Shown: positions 1 through 8,628 of the stretch, one piece after another | How positions within the stretch are numbered: position 1 is the stretch's first letter | How the letters are laid out: each line of letters begins with the position of its first letter | Virus record (IMG/VR): IMGVR_UViG_3300048599_000548 | Span: 1 to 35,271 of that record | Strand: one strand, 5' to 3' | Source of the DNA: a virus | Lineage: Duplodnaviria > Caudoviricetes | DNA: 35,271 nt | Notes under the pieces: model-generated | Told to the model about the DNA's origin: nothing | Databases searched by the model: none | What the model saw: only the letters and a program-made list of their open reading frames with translations | Translations under genes and position numbers: made by a program

Positions 1-2649
1 ACCGACAAATCGGTGGAAGGACTCGCGAAAAAAACGGGGAACCGGCGGTTCGCTCTCGACGCCTATCGGCGTTTCATCATGATGTACGGTTCCATCGCCA
101 TGGGAATTCCGCGCGAGGAATTCGACCACGCGTTCGACGAAATAAAGGAAACGATGACGCGCAAGCGGCTCGGATCGAAGGCCGCCGCGAAGATCGCCGA
201 TACGGACGTGAACGAAGCCGAACTTTCCGCGCTCATCAAGAACTTCAAAACCATCTATAAAAAGGCCATCAAGAAAGATTTCCCGCAGGATCCCGTTGAA
301 CAGCTCTGGGGCGCAACCGGAGCGGTGTTCGGCTCGTGGATGGCTGACAAGGCGGTAACCTATCGCAAGGTCGAGAAGCTCGTCGGCATCAAGGGCACCG
401 CGGTAAACATCGTGCAGATGGTATTCGGCAATATGGGCGAAACATCGGGAACGGGAGTCTGCTTTACCCGCGACCCGAACACGGGAGACAACGTGTTCTA
501 CGGCGACTATCTCGTCAACGCGCAGGGAGAGGATGTCGTCGCGGGAATCCGCACACCGATAAAGCTTTCCGAGTTCGAGAAGAAGAACCCGAAAGCCTAC
601 AAGCAGCTGTGCGACGTCCGCAAAACCCTCGAGAAACATTACACCGACATGCAGGATCTCGAGTTTACCGTCGAGGAAGGAAAGCTGTATATGCTCCAGT
701 GCCGCACCGGCAAGCGATCGCCTGCGGCCGCGTTCCAGTGCGCCGTCGACATGGTAAACGAAAAGCTGATCTCGAAGGAGACGGCGATCGGACGTATCCG
801 CACGAGCGATATCGAAGGAATCTTCTATCCGGCCATCGACAAGAGTCAGACGCAGGAGCTGAAGAACGCATTCATGGTGCAGGGTATCGACGCGGTTCCC
901 GGCGCCGCCTCGGGCAAGGTCTGCTTCTCCGCCGCAAAAGCCGAAGAACTCGCCGAGAAAAAGGAAAAGGTCGTTCTCGTCCGCAAGGAGACCAGTCCCG
1001 AGGACGTCGGCGGCATGCACGCCGCTCAAGGGATACTCACCGCCACGGGCGGCAAGACGAGCCACGCGGCCGTCGTCGCGCGCGGCTGGGGCAAGTGCTG
1101 CATCGTCGGCTGCGAGAAGCTGAATATCGATTATGAAGCGAAAAAATTCACCGTCGGAAATTTCACGATAAAAGAAGGCGACTTCATCACGCTGGACGGA
1201 ACGACGGGCAACGTCTACGCGGGCGCGCTCAAGCTCGTCGCGCCGAAACCGCCGGCCGCCTACGAAACCCTGATGAAATGGGTTGACGAAATCCGTACGA
1301 TCAAGGTGCGGACGAACGCCGATACGCCCTATGACGCGGAAAACGCCCGGCGGCTCGGCGCGGAGGGTATCGGCCTTTGCCGGACCGAGCACATGTTCTT
1401 CGATTCCGAAGAGCGTATCCTCGCGATCCGAGAGATGATTATCGCGAATACCGTCGAGACGAGGAAGACGGCGCTCGCGAAACTACTGCCGTTCCAGATC
1501 AAGGACTTTGAGGGAATCTTCACGGCGATGGACGGGCTCGGCGTTACGATCCGGCTTATCGATCCGCCGCTCCACGAATTCGTGCCGCATGACGAAGCGG
1601 GGCAAATGGCGCTGGCAAAGGCGGTTGGCGTCAGCTTCGAGACGGTCAGGCAACGCGTCGAAAAACTCCATGAGGCGAATCCCATGCTCGGCCATCGCGG
1701 CTGCCGCCTGACGATTACCTATCCCGAGATTCTCGAAATGCAGGTAACTGCAATCATGACCGCCGCCTGCAATATCGCGAAGAAAGGCGGATCCGTCATT
1801 CCCGAGATCATGATTCCGCTCGTCATCGACGCGAAGGAGCTCAAGATCCTCGAGACGCTAACGCGAGAAACCGCCGACGCAGTCATCAAGAAAGCCGGTG
1901 TACCCGTGAAATACATGGTCGGCACGATGATCGAAACGCCGCGCGCCGCGCTTCTTGCCGACAAGATAGCCGAAGTGGCGGAGTTCTTCTCGTTCGGAAC
2001 GAACGACCTTACCCAGATGACGCTCGGCATGAGCCGCGACGATGCGGGAAAATTCCTGCCCGATTACGTTGACGAGCACAAAGCCGGCGTTTTCCGGAAC
2101 GACCCGTTCCAGAGCCTTGATCAGGAAGGCGTCGGAATGCTCATCAAGATGGGAATAGAGAAGGGCCGCTCGACCCGGGCAAAGCTCAAGGTCGGAATCT
2201 GCGGCGAACACGGCGGCGATTCCGCGTCAGTGAAATTCTGCTGCGCGGCCGGTATGGATTACGTCTCGGCGTCACCGTTCCGCGTTCCCGTGGCCCGTCT
2301 TGCTGCGGCGCAGGCGGCCATAGCGGCTAAAACGGCTGCCGGCGGCAAAAAAACGGCAAAGAAGGCCACGAAGAAATCCACCGTTGCTAAAGCTGATAAA
2401 AGGACCGCTCGAAAAGTCTCAGCGGCAAAAAAAAACACAAAGAAAACAGCCGCCGTCAAAGCCGATAAAAAGACCGCGAAAAAAGTCGCAGCGGACAAAA
2501 AGCCGGCAAAAGCTACGCAAAAGCCCGCGGCGGCCAAGCCGGCGACGAAAACCGTCCCCGCCAAAAAAACAGCGGTAAAAGACGCAAAGAAAACTGTGGC
2601 GAAGAAAACTGGTACAAAAGGGCCTGCCACAACAAAAGCAAAAAAATAG
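1..2649 (+). CDS. ppdK: Pyruvate phosphate dikinase (5'-truncated by the window), with a ~100 aa Lys/Ala-rich C-terminal tail
   Basis: Motifs NAQGEDVVAGIRTP, GGKTSHAAVVARG (phospho-His), GIGLCRTEHMF, FSFGTNDLTQ and GICGEHGG (catalytic Cys); the frame is open from nt 1. Confidence 0.97.
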   Translation, partial: TDKSVEGLAKKTGNRRFALDAYRRFIMMYGSIAMGIPREEFDHAFDEIKETMTRKRLGSKAAAKIADTDVNEAELSALIKNFKTIYKKAIKKDFPQDPVEQLWGATGAVFGSWMADKAVTYRKVEKLVGIKGTAVNIVQMVFGNMGETSGTGVCFTRDPNTGDNVFYGDYLVNAQGEDVVAGIRTPIKLSEFEKKNPKAYKQLCDVRKTLEKHYTDMQDLEFTVEEGKLYMLQCRTGKRSPAAAFQCAVDMVNEKLISKETAIGRIRTSDIEGIFYPAIDKSQTQELKNAFMVQGIDAVPGAASGKVCFSAAKAEELAEKKEKVVLVRKETSPEDVGGMHAAQGILTATGGKTSHAAVVARGWGKCCIVGCEKLNIDYEAKKFTVGNFTIKEGDFITLDGTTGNVYAGALKLVAPKPPAAYETLMKWVDEIRTIKVRTNADTPYDAENARRLGAEGIGLCRTEHMFFDSEERILAIREMIIANTVETRKTALAKLLPFQIKDFEGIFTAMDGLGVTIRLIDPPLHEFVPHDEAGQMALAKAVGVSFETVRQRVEKLHEANPMLGHRGCRLTITYPEILEMQVTAIMTAACNIAKKGGSVIPEIMIPLVIDAKELKILETLTRETADAVIKKAGVPVKYMVGTMIETPRAALLADKIAEVAEFFSFGTNDLTQMTLGMSRDDAGKFLPDYVDEHKAGVFRNDPFQSLDQEGVGMLIKMGIEKGRSTRAKLKVGICGEHGGDSASVKFCCAAGMDYVSASPFRVPVARLAAAQAAIAAKTAAGGKKTAKKATKKSTVAKADKRTARKVSAAKKNTKKTAAVKADKKTAKKVAADKKPAKATQKPAAAKPATKTVPAKKTAVKDAKKTVAKKTGTKGPATTKAKK

Positions 2650-2754
2650 CGCATCGAAATCCGTCCGGAAAAGGCAACTCATGCCGGACGGATTGCCGTT
2701 AAAATTGGCAGTCCGAAAAAGGATCATGGTCAAAAAACATGACCACGAACAAGA

Positions 2755-2797
2755 GCCGTTTCACTATAGTACGTACCTCGTGAAGCGGCCTTTTTTT
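2755..2797 (+). terminator. Intrinsic terminator of ppdK
   Basis: Stem GCCGTTTCAC/GTGAAGCGGC (one G-U pair, 15-nt loop) followed by C and T7. Confidence 0.7.
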
Positions 2798-2806
2798 ATT
2801 CGACGC

Positions 2807-2888
2807 TGATAAAGGCTGAGATAATCTAGGTGAATGTGCAAGAAAAGCCGGGATTTTTGGGGAAATAGCGGGATTTTGCGGGAAGCCT
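2807..2888 (+). repeat. Candidate prophage left end with phased transposase-binding repeats
   Basis: TG at 2807, then CGGGATTTTT, GGGGAAATAG, CGGGATTTTG and CGGGAAGCCT at 2849, 2859, 2869 and 2879 (exact 10-bp period). Confidence 0.55.
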
Positions 2889-2920
2889 GATTCAATTAGT
2901 TTGCATAATGTGTAATTTCT

Positions 2921-2948
2921 GGAGCCTTTTCGAGGGCTCCTTTTTTTT
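2921..2948 (+). terminator. Intrinsic terminator upstream of the lysis cassette
   Basis: GGAGCCTT-TTCG-AGGGCTCC hairpin followed by T8. Confidence 0.85.
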
Positions 2949-2957
2949 GCCCGAAAC

Positions 2958-2999
2958 TAACTGTCGTTATACGAATCGTTATGACCAAAGCCATACGAT
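2958..2999 (+). promoter_or_regulatory. Putative activator-dependent promoter 1 (lysis)
   Basis: TAACTGTCGTTA, 24 nt spacer, TACGAT. Confidence 0.7.
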
Positions 3000-3018
3000 A
3001 TCGAAAAGGAGTTAGGGA

Positions 3019-3486
3019 ATGGGACTCATAACGAATGTTGACAGGCTGAAACCGGAACTCGCCAAGCGCGTACACAATATGCTGGATTACTGCAAAGAAA
3101 AAAATGTCGCGGTAATCGTCATAGAAACCCTGAGAACGATCGAGGTTCAGACCGCATATAAAGCGCAGGGCCGCGAGTCTCTTGAGACCGTGAATAGCCT
3201 TAGACGCAAGGCCGGACTCTGGACTATTACCGCAGACGAAAACAAGCGAACTGTCACCAATACGATGTCCTCGAAACATCTCACCGGCGAGGCCATTGAT
3301 ATTGCCCCGCTGAAAAATGGCCAAGTGTGGTGGTCAGCGCCGCAACAGGTCTGGGAGGAACTCGGTTTGATCGCCGAAACCTTCGGACTTGATTGGTGTG
3401 CGGGTGGCTATGGTCAGATATGGGGTAAGGGTTGGGACAGTGACCACTTTGAGCTGCTCGCAAATTGGCCGGGCGCAAAAAAATAA
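3019..3486 (+). CDS. Endolysin, M15 family Zn peptidase
   Basis: SKHLTGEAID (SxHxxGxAxD) and WDSDHFE motifs; RBS AAGGAG. Confidence 0.88.
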   Translation: MGLITNVDRLKPELAKRVHNMLDYCKEKNVAVIVIETLRTIEVQTAYKAQGRESLETVNSLRRKAGLWTITADENKRTVTNTMSSKHLTGEAIDIAPLKNGQVWWSAPQQVWEELGLIAETFGLDWCAGGYGQIWGKGWDSDHFELLANWPGAKK

Positions 3487-3504
3487 ATCGTCAAGGAGTA
3501 AAAG

Positions 3505-3786
3505 ATGGATATAGCTACACTTTTTCCCGTATGCGTTGTGATCGCGATACTGTGTGTCGTGATTCTTACCGAGATCATCAAGAAGTTCGACAAGAAAGAC
3601 AGGCTCAAAGGCTATCGCGTTTGGGTTCCTGCGATTCTGTCGTTCGTTATGGCTTGGCTCCTTCGCATCGGAGGATTCTTCGAGCCGAACCAGGTCTGGT
3701 TCTGGTGGGCCGTGCTTTTCGCCGTCCCGGTATTCTCGTATGAAACGATCCTGAAGAAATGGCAGGAAAAGATCAGTTCGGTGTAA
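3505..3786 (+). CDS. Putative holin
   Basis: 93 aa with three hydrophobic segments and a basic C-terminus, directly after the endolysin; RBS AAGGAG. Confidence 0.7.
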   Translation: MDIATLFPVCVVIAILCVVILTEIIKKFDKKDRLKGYRVWVPAILSFVMAWLLRIGGFFEPNQVWFWWAVLFAVPVFSYETILKKWQEKISSV

Positions 3787-4289
3787 TGAGTAAATTACAG
3801 AACCTCTGGGGGACGATCGTTTTGGCAGGACTCATTGTGTCCGTGGCCGTCCCGCTCGCTGGATGTCAGACGAGCGGGACGGCCACACTCAATGATCTCC
3901 GCGACCAGCAGGAGAAAACCGATATCATCGAGGGCCGCGTCTCCGCTGAATCCGTGAGCGTCGTTGAAAAGCTCGATCTCGCGGAATCGCTCACGACCGG
4001 TGAGGCTCACGATGCAGTTGTCGCCGCTCATAAAGAGGCCGTTGCCCTCAAAGAAAACGTCGTCGCGCTTGTCTCGTCCCGCACGGAGGAAAAAAAACTC
4101 ACTACGGAAGCGACTCAAAAAGTTGCCGAGACGGAAACGGCGCTCGCTTCGGCGCAGGTAAGCGAAGCGAAAACATCCGGTCAACGGAATACTCTTGCGG
4201 CGATACTCATCGTACTTGGGATCGTCGGACTCGTAGGGGCTGGACTGTGGATTGCGAGAAAGTTCGGTTTCTCTTTTTTTAAGACTTAA
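3786..4289 (+). CDS. Putative unimolecular spanin (lipoprotein with C-terminal TM helix)
   Basis: ATG overlaps the holin stop (TAATG); signal peptide with lipobox LAGC, helical middle region, C-terminal TM segment LAAILIVLGIVGLVGAGLWIA. Confidence 0.65.
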   Translation: MSKLQNLWGTIVLAGLIVSVAVPLAGCQTSGTATLNDLRDQQEKTDIIEGRVSAESVSVVEKLDLAESLTTGEAHDAVVAAHKEAVALKENVVALVSSRTEEKKLTTEATQKVAETETALASAQVSEAKTSGQRNTLAAILIVLGIVGLVGAGLWIARKFGFSFFKT

Positions 4290-4321
4290 GATATCTGTCT
4301 TAGCCTGATGGCGCAATTAAA

Positions 4322-4363
4322 TAACCACGGTTAGACGGAACCAATCCGGATAAATGATACCGT
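4322..4363 (+). promoter_or_regulatory. Putative activator-dependent promoter 2 (packaging/head operon)
   Basis: TAACCACGGTTA, 24 nt spacer, TACCGT. Confidence 0.65.
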
Positions 4364-4384
4364 GAAAGAAACAAAGGGGCCTTC

Positions 4385-4750
4385 ATGGAGATTGCAAAAT
4401 TTGTCTTAACCGCCATCGGCACGTTTATCTCGGTTCTGGCACTTTCTTTCACGGTCTTTTCTTACTGGAAAAAGAAGCAGGAAGAAAAGGACGCAGAATT
4501 TAAAAAAGGGCTCGTTGAATCCGTTAATCTGGAGAAAACAACGAGAGAAAAAGAGATCGCTGCGGAAAGAGCTGAACGTAAACAAGAAATTGAAAAACTT
4601 GAGAACCGTATAACCTATCTACAAGACACCGTTATCAAGGAAAACGGCGAACGGATGAGCGCTATCGAAGGCGAGCTCAAACAGATTCGCCCGATTCTTG
4701 CATCAATACAAAACTGGTTTATCAACAAACCGGCGGCTCAGAGGAAGTAA
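4385..4750 (+). CDS. Membrane-anchored coiled-coil protein (position of Mu gp25-like genes)
   Basis: N-terminal TM segment followed by a charged coiled coil; precedes gp26/terminase. Confidence 0.6.
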   Translation: MEIAKFVLTAIGTFISVLALSFTVFSYWKKKQEEKDAEFKKGLVESVNLEKTTREKEIAAERAERKQEIEKLENRITYLQDTVIKENGERMSAIEGELKQIRPILASIQNWFINKPAAQRK

Positions 4751-4753
4751 TCC

Positions 4754-5047
4754 ATGGAAACGATATTTTCTTCAAACCAGCGAATCATCATTCTGCAGGG
4801 TCTTCAGAGAGATGCGGGGCATAGCCTCTCGAATGAAATGCTTCAGCGGTTGCTTCGCGACTATGGGCATTCCTTGGGTATTGCAGAGATGAACGAGCAG
4901 ATCAATTGGCTTGAACGCCGGGGATATATTAAAACCAAACGCCTCGAAACATCAGGGCTTGTCATCGCGACGATCACGCGTCCCGGTCTTGAAGTTGCCG
5001 AAGGATATGTGAAAGCGGAAGGGATTGACTCTCCGATGGAGGAATGA
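4754..5047 (+). CDS. Mu gp26-like winged-helix protein
   Basis: RIIILQGL...NWLERRGYI...ATITRPGLEVAEG pattern and synteny. Confidence 0.75.
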   Translation: METIFSSNQRIIILQGLQRDAGHSLSNEMLQRLLRDYGHSLGIAEMNEQINWLERRGYIKTKRLETSGLVIATITRPGLEVAEGYVKAEGIDSPMEE

Positions 5048-5607
5048 TGGGACAGAAAAGTTCTATCGATCGCCTTCCCGATGATCTTCGGAAAAAGCTT
5101 ATCGAGCTTTTAAACGATCCCGCCGTAACACAAGCGGAAATCGTTGACCTGATAAACGCCGAGGCAGGTGAAGATCTGTTATCGAAAAGTTCGCTCAATC
5201 GATATGCCCAGAAAATGAAACGGTTCAGCGAAAAGAACCGGCAGGCAAAGGAAGTCGCCGACGCATATCTCGACAAGTTCGGAGCCGAGGGACGAAACAA
5301 ACTCGGTAAGGTCGTAAATGAGCAGATACGGCTCGCGGCCTTCGATCTCATTACCGATCTCGACGATCTGAAGGAATCCGGAAAAAGCGATCCCCAACTG
5401 ATAACCGATGTTATCTTCAAGGTGTCGCGCGGTCTCAAGGATCTTGAGCAGGCGGAGAAACTGAATGCCGATCGGGAACAGGAAATCAGGACGCGAGTGC
5501 TCGCGGAAGCGGTCGAAAAGGTCGATTCGATAGGACGGCGCGACGGAATCTCGACGGAGACGATGGCCGAGATCCGCAAAGAATTGCTTGGGTTGAATGA
5601 TGGATGA
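5044..5607 (+). CDS. Terminase small subunit (DUF3486 / Mu gp27-like)
   Basis: MGQKSSIDRLP N-terminus and LSKSSLNRY; upstream of the large terminase. Confidence 0.85.
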   Translation: MMGQKSSIDRLPDDLRKKLIELLNDPAVTQAEIVDLINAEAGEDLLSKSSLNRYAQKMKRFSEKNRQAKEVADAYLDKFGAEGRNKLGKVVNEQIRLAAFDLITDLDDLKESGKSDPQLITDVIFKVSRGLKDLEQAEKLNADREQEIRTRVLAEAVEKVDSIGRRDGISTETMAEIRKELLGLNDG

Positions 5608-7072
5608 CGAAATACTCCTCCCCTACCAAAAAAGATGGCTGGAAGATAAATCCAGAGTAAAGGTGTGGCAGAAAACGAGGCGGTGCGGTGCATCGTACGT
5701 CGAGGCATTGGATTCAGTTCTTTCAGCCTCGCTCTCGAGAAAAGCCGGAGGCATGAGTTCAAACTATCTCTCCTATAACAAGGAGATGACGCGGCAGTTC
5801 ATCGACGATTGCGCGTACTGGGCAAAGCTTCTCGGAAAGGCCGCATCGGACGTCGAAGAGATCGTTATCAAAGACGAAGATCAGGACATAACCGTTTATC
5901 GGATACGATTCGACTCCGGATTCCAGATTCTGGGACTGCCTTCAGAGCCACGTTCTTTGCGATCAAAACAAGGCCGCGTCATCATTGACGAGGCCGCCTT
6001 CGTCGAGGATCTTTCGGAATTACTCAAGGCCGCAATGGCCCTGCTTATGTGGGGTGGCTGCGTCCGGATTCTATCCACGCATAACGGCGATGATAACCCG
6101 TTCAACGAATTGATAAAGGAAATCCACGACGGGAAGAAAGATTATTCATTGCACACCACGACCATTGACGATGCCCTCGCCGACGGCCTTTACAAACGTA
6201 TCTGCCTGGTCGGAAAGAAACCTTGGTCGATTGAAGCCGAGAAGGAATGGCGCGAACAGCTCATCAAAGATTACGGCGATGGCGCTGACGAGGAACTGTT
6301 CTGCATTCCGAGCAGTTCCGGCGATCGTTACTTCACGAGGGCTATGCTCGATCAAGTCGCCGATCCCGAAAGCAGGATATTCCGCCATGCAGAGACCAAC
6401 GCGTTCACATTCGAGAAAGAAAGCAAACGCGAATCCGTTATCGCCAAGTGGTTCCGAGAGGTTGAGCCCATTCTCAAGAGCACCGAAAATCCGGTCTGCT
6501 TCGGTTCCGACTTCGCCCGGTCCGGGGACTTGACCGTTCACTGGTTTAACGAGGTTCTTCCGAACGGGCAAACACCGACACTATGCGTAATCGAATTGCG
6601 CAATGTTCCGTTCGCTCAGCAATGGCAAATCGTCCAGCTCATGATTGGCGCGTTGCGTGACTTCTGGGGCGGCGCGTTCGATTCGCGCGGTAACGGTCAA
6701 ATGATCGCAGAACTCGCGGCGCAGGAATGGCCGGGCATGATCTGGCAGGTGATGCTCGCCCGAAAATGGTATGCGGAGAACTTTCCGCAATACCGGACAC
6801 GGCTCGAGGACAAGACGACGACGGTTCCGGACGACATCTTTATCAAGAATGATTTCCGGGTCGTTAAACTACATCAGGGCATCCCGCTGATTTCGGAAAG
6901 AACAGGACCGGGATCTTCCAAGCGCCATGGCGACGCCTGTTGCGCGGCTGTCCTTGCGGACTTCGCGATCCGTGAATCGGAAGTCGCCGGTGGATACCAG
7001 AAATACGCGTATGAATCAGTGAACGTAGAAAACCCGTTCCGGCACGGAGGGAAAGATAAATGGGTAGACTGA
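5597..7072 (+). CDS. Terminase large subunit (Mu gp28-like)
   Basis: LLPYQ Q-motif, KTRRCGAS Walker A variant, VIIDEAAF Walker B, STHNG, nuclease motifs GSDFAR and HGD. Confidence 0.93.
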   Translation: MMDDEILLPYQKRWLEDKSRVKVWQKTRRCGASYVEALDSVLSASLSRKAGGMSSNYLSYNKEMTRQFIDDCAYWAKLLGKAASDVEEIVIKDEDQDITVYRIRFDSGFQILGLPSEPRSLRSKQGRVIIDEAAFVEDLSELLKAAMALLMWGGCVRILSTHNGDDNPFNELIKEIHDGKKDYSLHTTTIDDALADGLYKRICLVGKKPWSIEAEKEWREQLIKDYGDGADEELFCIPSSSGDRYFTRAMLDQVADPESRIFRHAETNAFTFEKESKRESVIAKWFREVEPILKSTENPVCFGSDFARSGDLTVHWFNEVLPNGQTPTLCVIELRNVPFAQQWQIVQLMIGALRDFWGGAFDSRGNGQMIAELAAQEWPGMIWQVMLARKWYAENFPQYRTRLEDKTTTVPDDIFIKNDFRVVKLHQGIPLISERTGPGSSKRHGDACCAAVLADFAIRESEVAGGYQKYAYESVNVENPFRHGGKDKWVD

Positions 7073-8628
7073 AAGATTTCTTTTTCGGCAAGGACGATGC
7101 CGACAAAAAAACTATGGAAGAGCAGCAGGCAACCGCCGTCGCAAACTCGAACCGCTCGATCTGGAGCGGCGGTATTGTCCGCGGACTCAATCCCGCGCGC
7201 CTCGCGACGATCCTTGATTCAGTCCGCAACGGCGATATTCCCGCCGAATACCTTGAGATTGCCCAAGAGATCGAGGAACGGGACGCCCATTACCGATCCG
7301 TGTTATCGACTCGCAAGCACGCGGTCGAGGGACTTGAGATGTGCGTAAAATCGGCCAGCGACAGCGCCGCTGACATCGCGATTTCCGATGCGGTCAAACA
7401 GGATATATTGAATCATCCCGATATCATGGACTTACGAAAGAACGCGCTCGATGCGCTCGGGAAAGGTTTTTCCGTTAACGAGATCGTATGGGACACATCG
7501 GGCGATCGGTGGCGCCCGGCGGAATTCCTGTTTCGCGATCCGCGCTGGTTCGCATACGCGCGGGACACGGGAGAACTTTCGCTCAGAACGCCGATCGGCT
7601 GCGATCTTGAACCGCTGAAACCGTATCAGTTCATCGTCCATGAACCGAACCTTCTTTCCGGAAAGCAGATTACGAGCGGGCTATCCTTTACCGCGATCTT
7701 TTACTGGCTGATTAAGCATTATGACGTTACGAGCTGGGCCGCGTTTGTCGATCGCTTCGGCTATCCGGTTCGTCTTGGGAAGTACGGTAAAAAAGCCACA
7801 AAGGACGATATCGCAACGTTAAAAAAGGCGATCGCGTCGATCGGTACGGACGTAGGTGCGGTGATACCCGATTCCATGATGATCGATATCGTCGAATCGA
7901 AGACAACCGGGACGAATGCAGATGTTTACGAGAAACACGCTGATTGGGTCGACAAGCAATTATCAAAACTGGTTCTCGGTCAAACCGCGAGCGCCGAAGG
8001 AACGCCGGGAAAGCTCGGCGACAGTCAGTCTCAGGAGGAAGTCCGGCAGGATATACTCAAGGCCGATGCGGCCCAGCTCGAACAGACGCTGAACCGCGAT
8101 CTCGTGATTCCGTACGTCAATTTCAACTTCGGGCCGCAAAAGGTCTATCCTCGCCTTTGCATCAAATACGTCGAAGCGAAGAACGTGCAGCTCATCGTCG
8201 AGTCAGTCAAGGCGATGGTACCTTTCGGACTTCGCGTCAAGAAGAACGAGATCAACAATCTTCTCGGGCTCTCTATTCCCGATGACAAAGACGAGGTTCT
8301 TGAGCCGCCGCCCGCTCCAGCAGGAACCGGACTTAACGCGGCAGGGATCGCGCTGAATGCGCAAAGCGTGAGCATTCCCGAGTCGGTAAAGACCGAGGAA
8401 GAACTGCTTGACGATGCGGCCGCGAGCGATTTCGTCGAGATTTCGGACGAGATCACGAAAACCCTTGAAGCGGCGGCCGCTCGGTCATCCTCATTCGAGG
8501 AGTACAAGAACGAACTCGAGAAGCTTGTAACGGGATGGCAGCCTGACAAGGTCGCCGAATTGATGGCGGTCGCATTCTTCAAGGCTCGCGCCGCAGGCGA
8601 TACCCATTTCGAGGATTCCGATAATTGA
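7060..8628 (+). CDS. Portal protein (DUF935 / Mu gp29-like)
   Basis: W..FVDRFGYPVRLGKY and SKLVLGQT motifs; follows the terminase. Confidence 0.92.
   Translation: MGRLKDFFFGKDDADKKTMEEQQATAVANSNRSIWSGGIVRGLNPARLATILDSVRNGDIPAEYLEIAQEIEERDAHYRSVLSTRKHAVEGLEMCVKSASDSAADIAISDAVKQDILNHPDIMDLRKNALDALGKGFSVNEIVWDTSGDRWRPAEFLFRDPRWFAYARDTGELSLRTPIGCDLEPLKPYQFIVHEPNLLSGKQITSGLSFTAIFYWLIKHYDVTSWAAFVDRFGYPVRLGKYGKKATKDDIATLKKAIASIGTDVGAVIPDSMMIDIVESKTTGTNADVYEKHADWVDKQLSKLVLGQTASAEGTPGKLGDSQSQEEVRQDILKADAAQLEQTLNRDLVIPYVNFNFGPQKVYPRLCIKYVEAKNVQLIVESVKAMVPFGLRVKKNEINNLLGLSIPDDKDEVLEPPPAPAGTGLNAAGIALNAQSVSIPESVKTEEELLDDAAASDFVEISDEITKTLEAAAARSSSFEEYKNELEKLVTGWQPDKVAELMAVAFFKARAAGDTHFEDSDN

Noticed and set aside
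2660-2745. Hairpins TCCGTCCGG/CCGGACGGA and TGGTCA/TGACCA after ppdK
   Set aside because: Single-copy short inverted repeats in a 3' UTR with no other support for an RNA gene or REP family
2849-2888. CRISPR-like or tyrosine-integrase att repeat
   Set aside because: Units are 10 bp with no spacers, and no cas or integrase gene is present; better explained as transposase-binding sites
5402-5413. Fifth TAAC-N4-GTTA match (TAACCGATGTTA)
   Set aside because: Lies inside the small terminase gene and has no TAnnnT 24 nt downstream; probably chance
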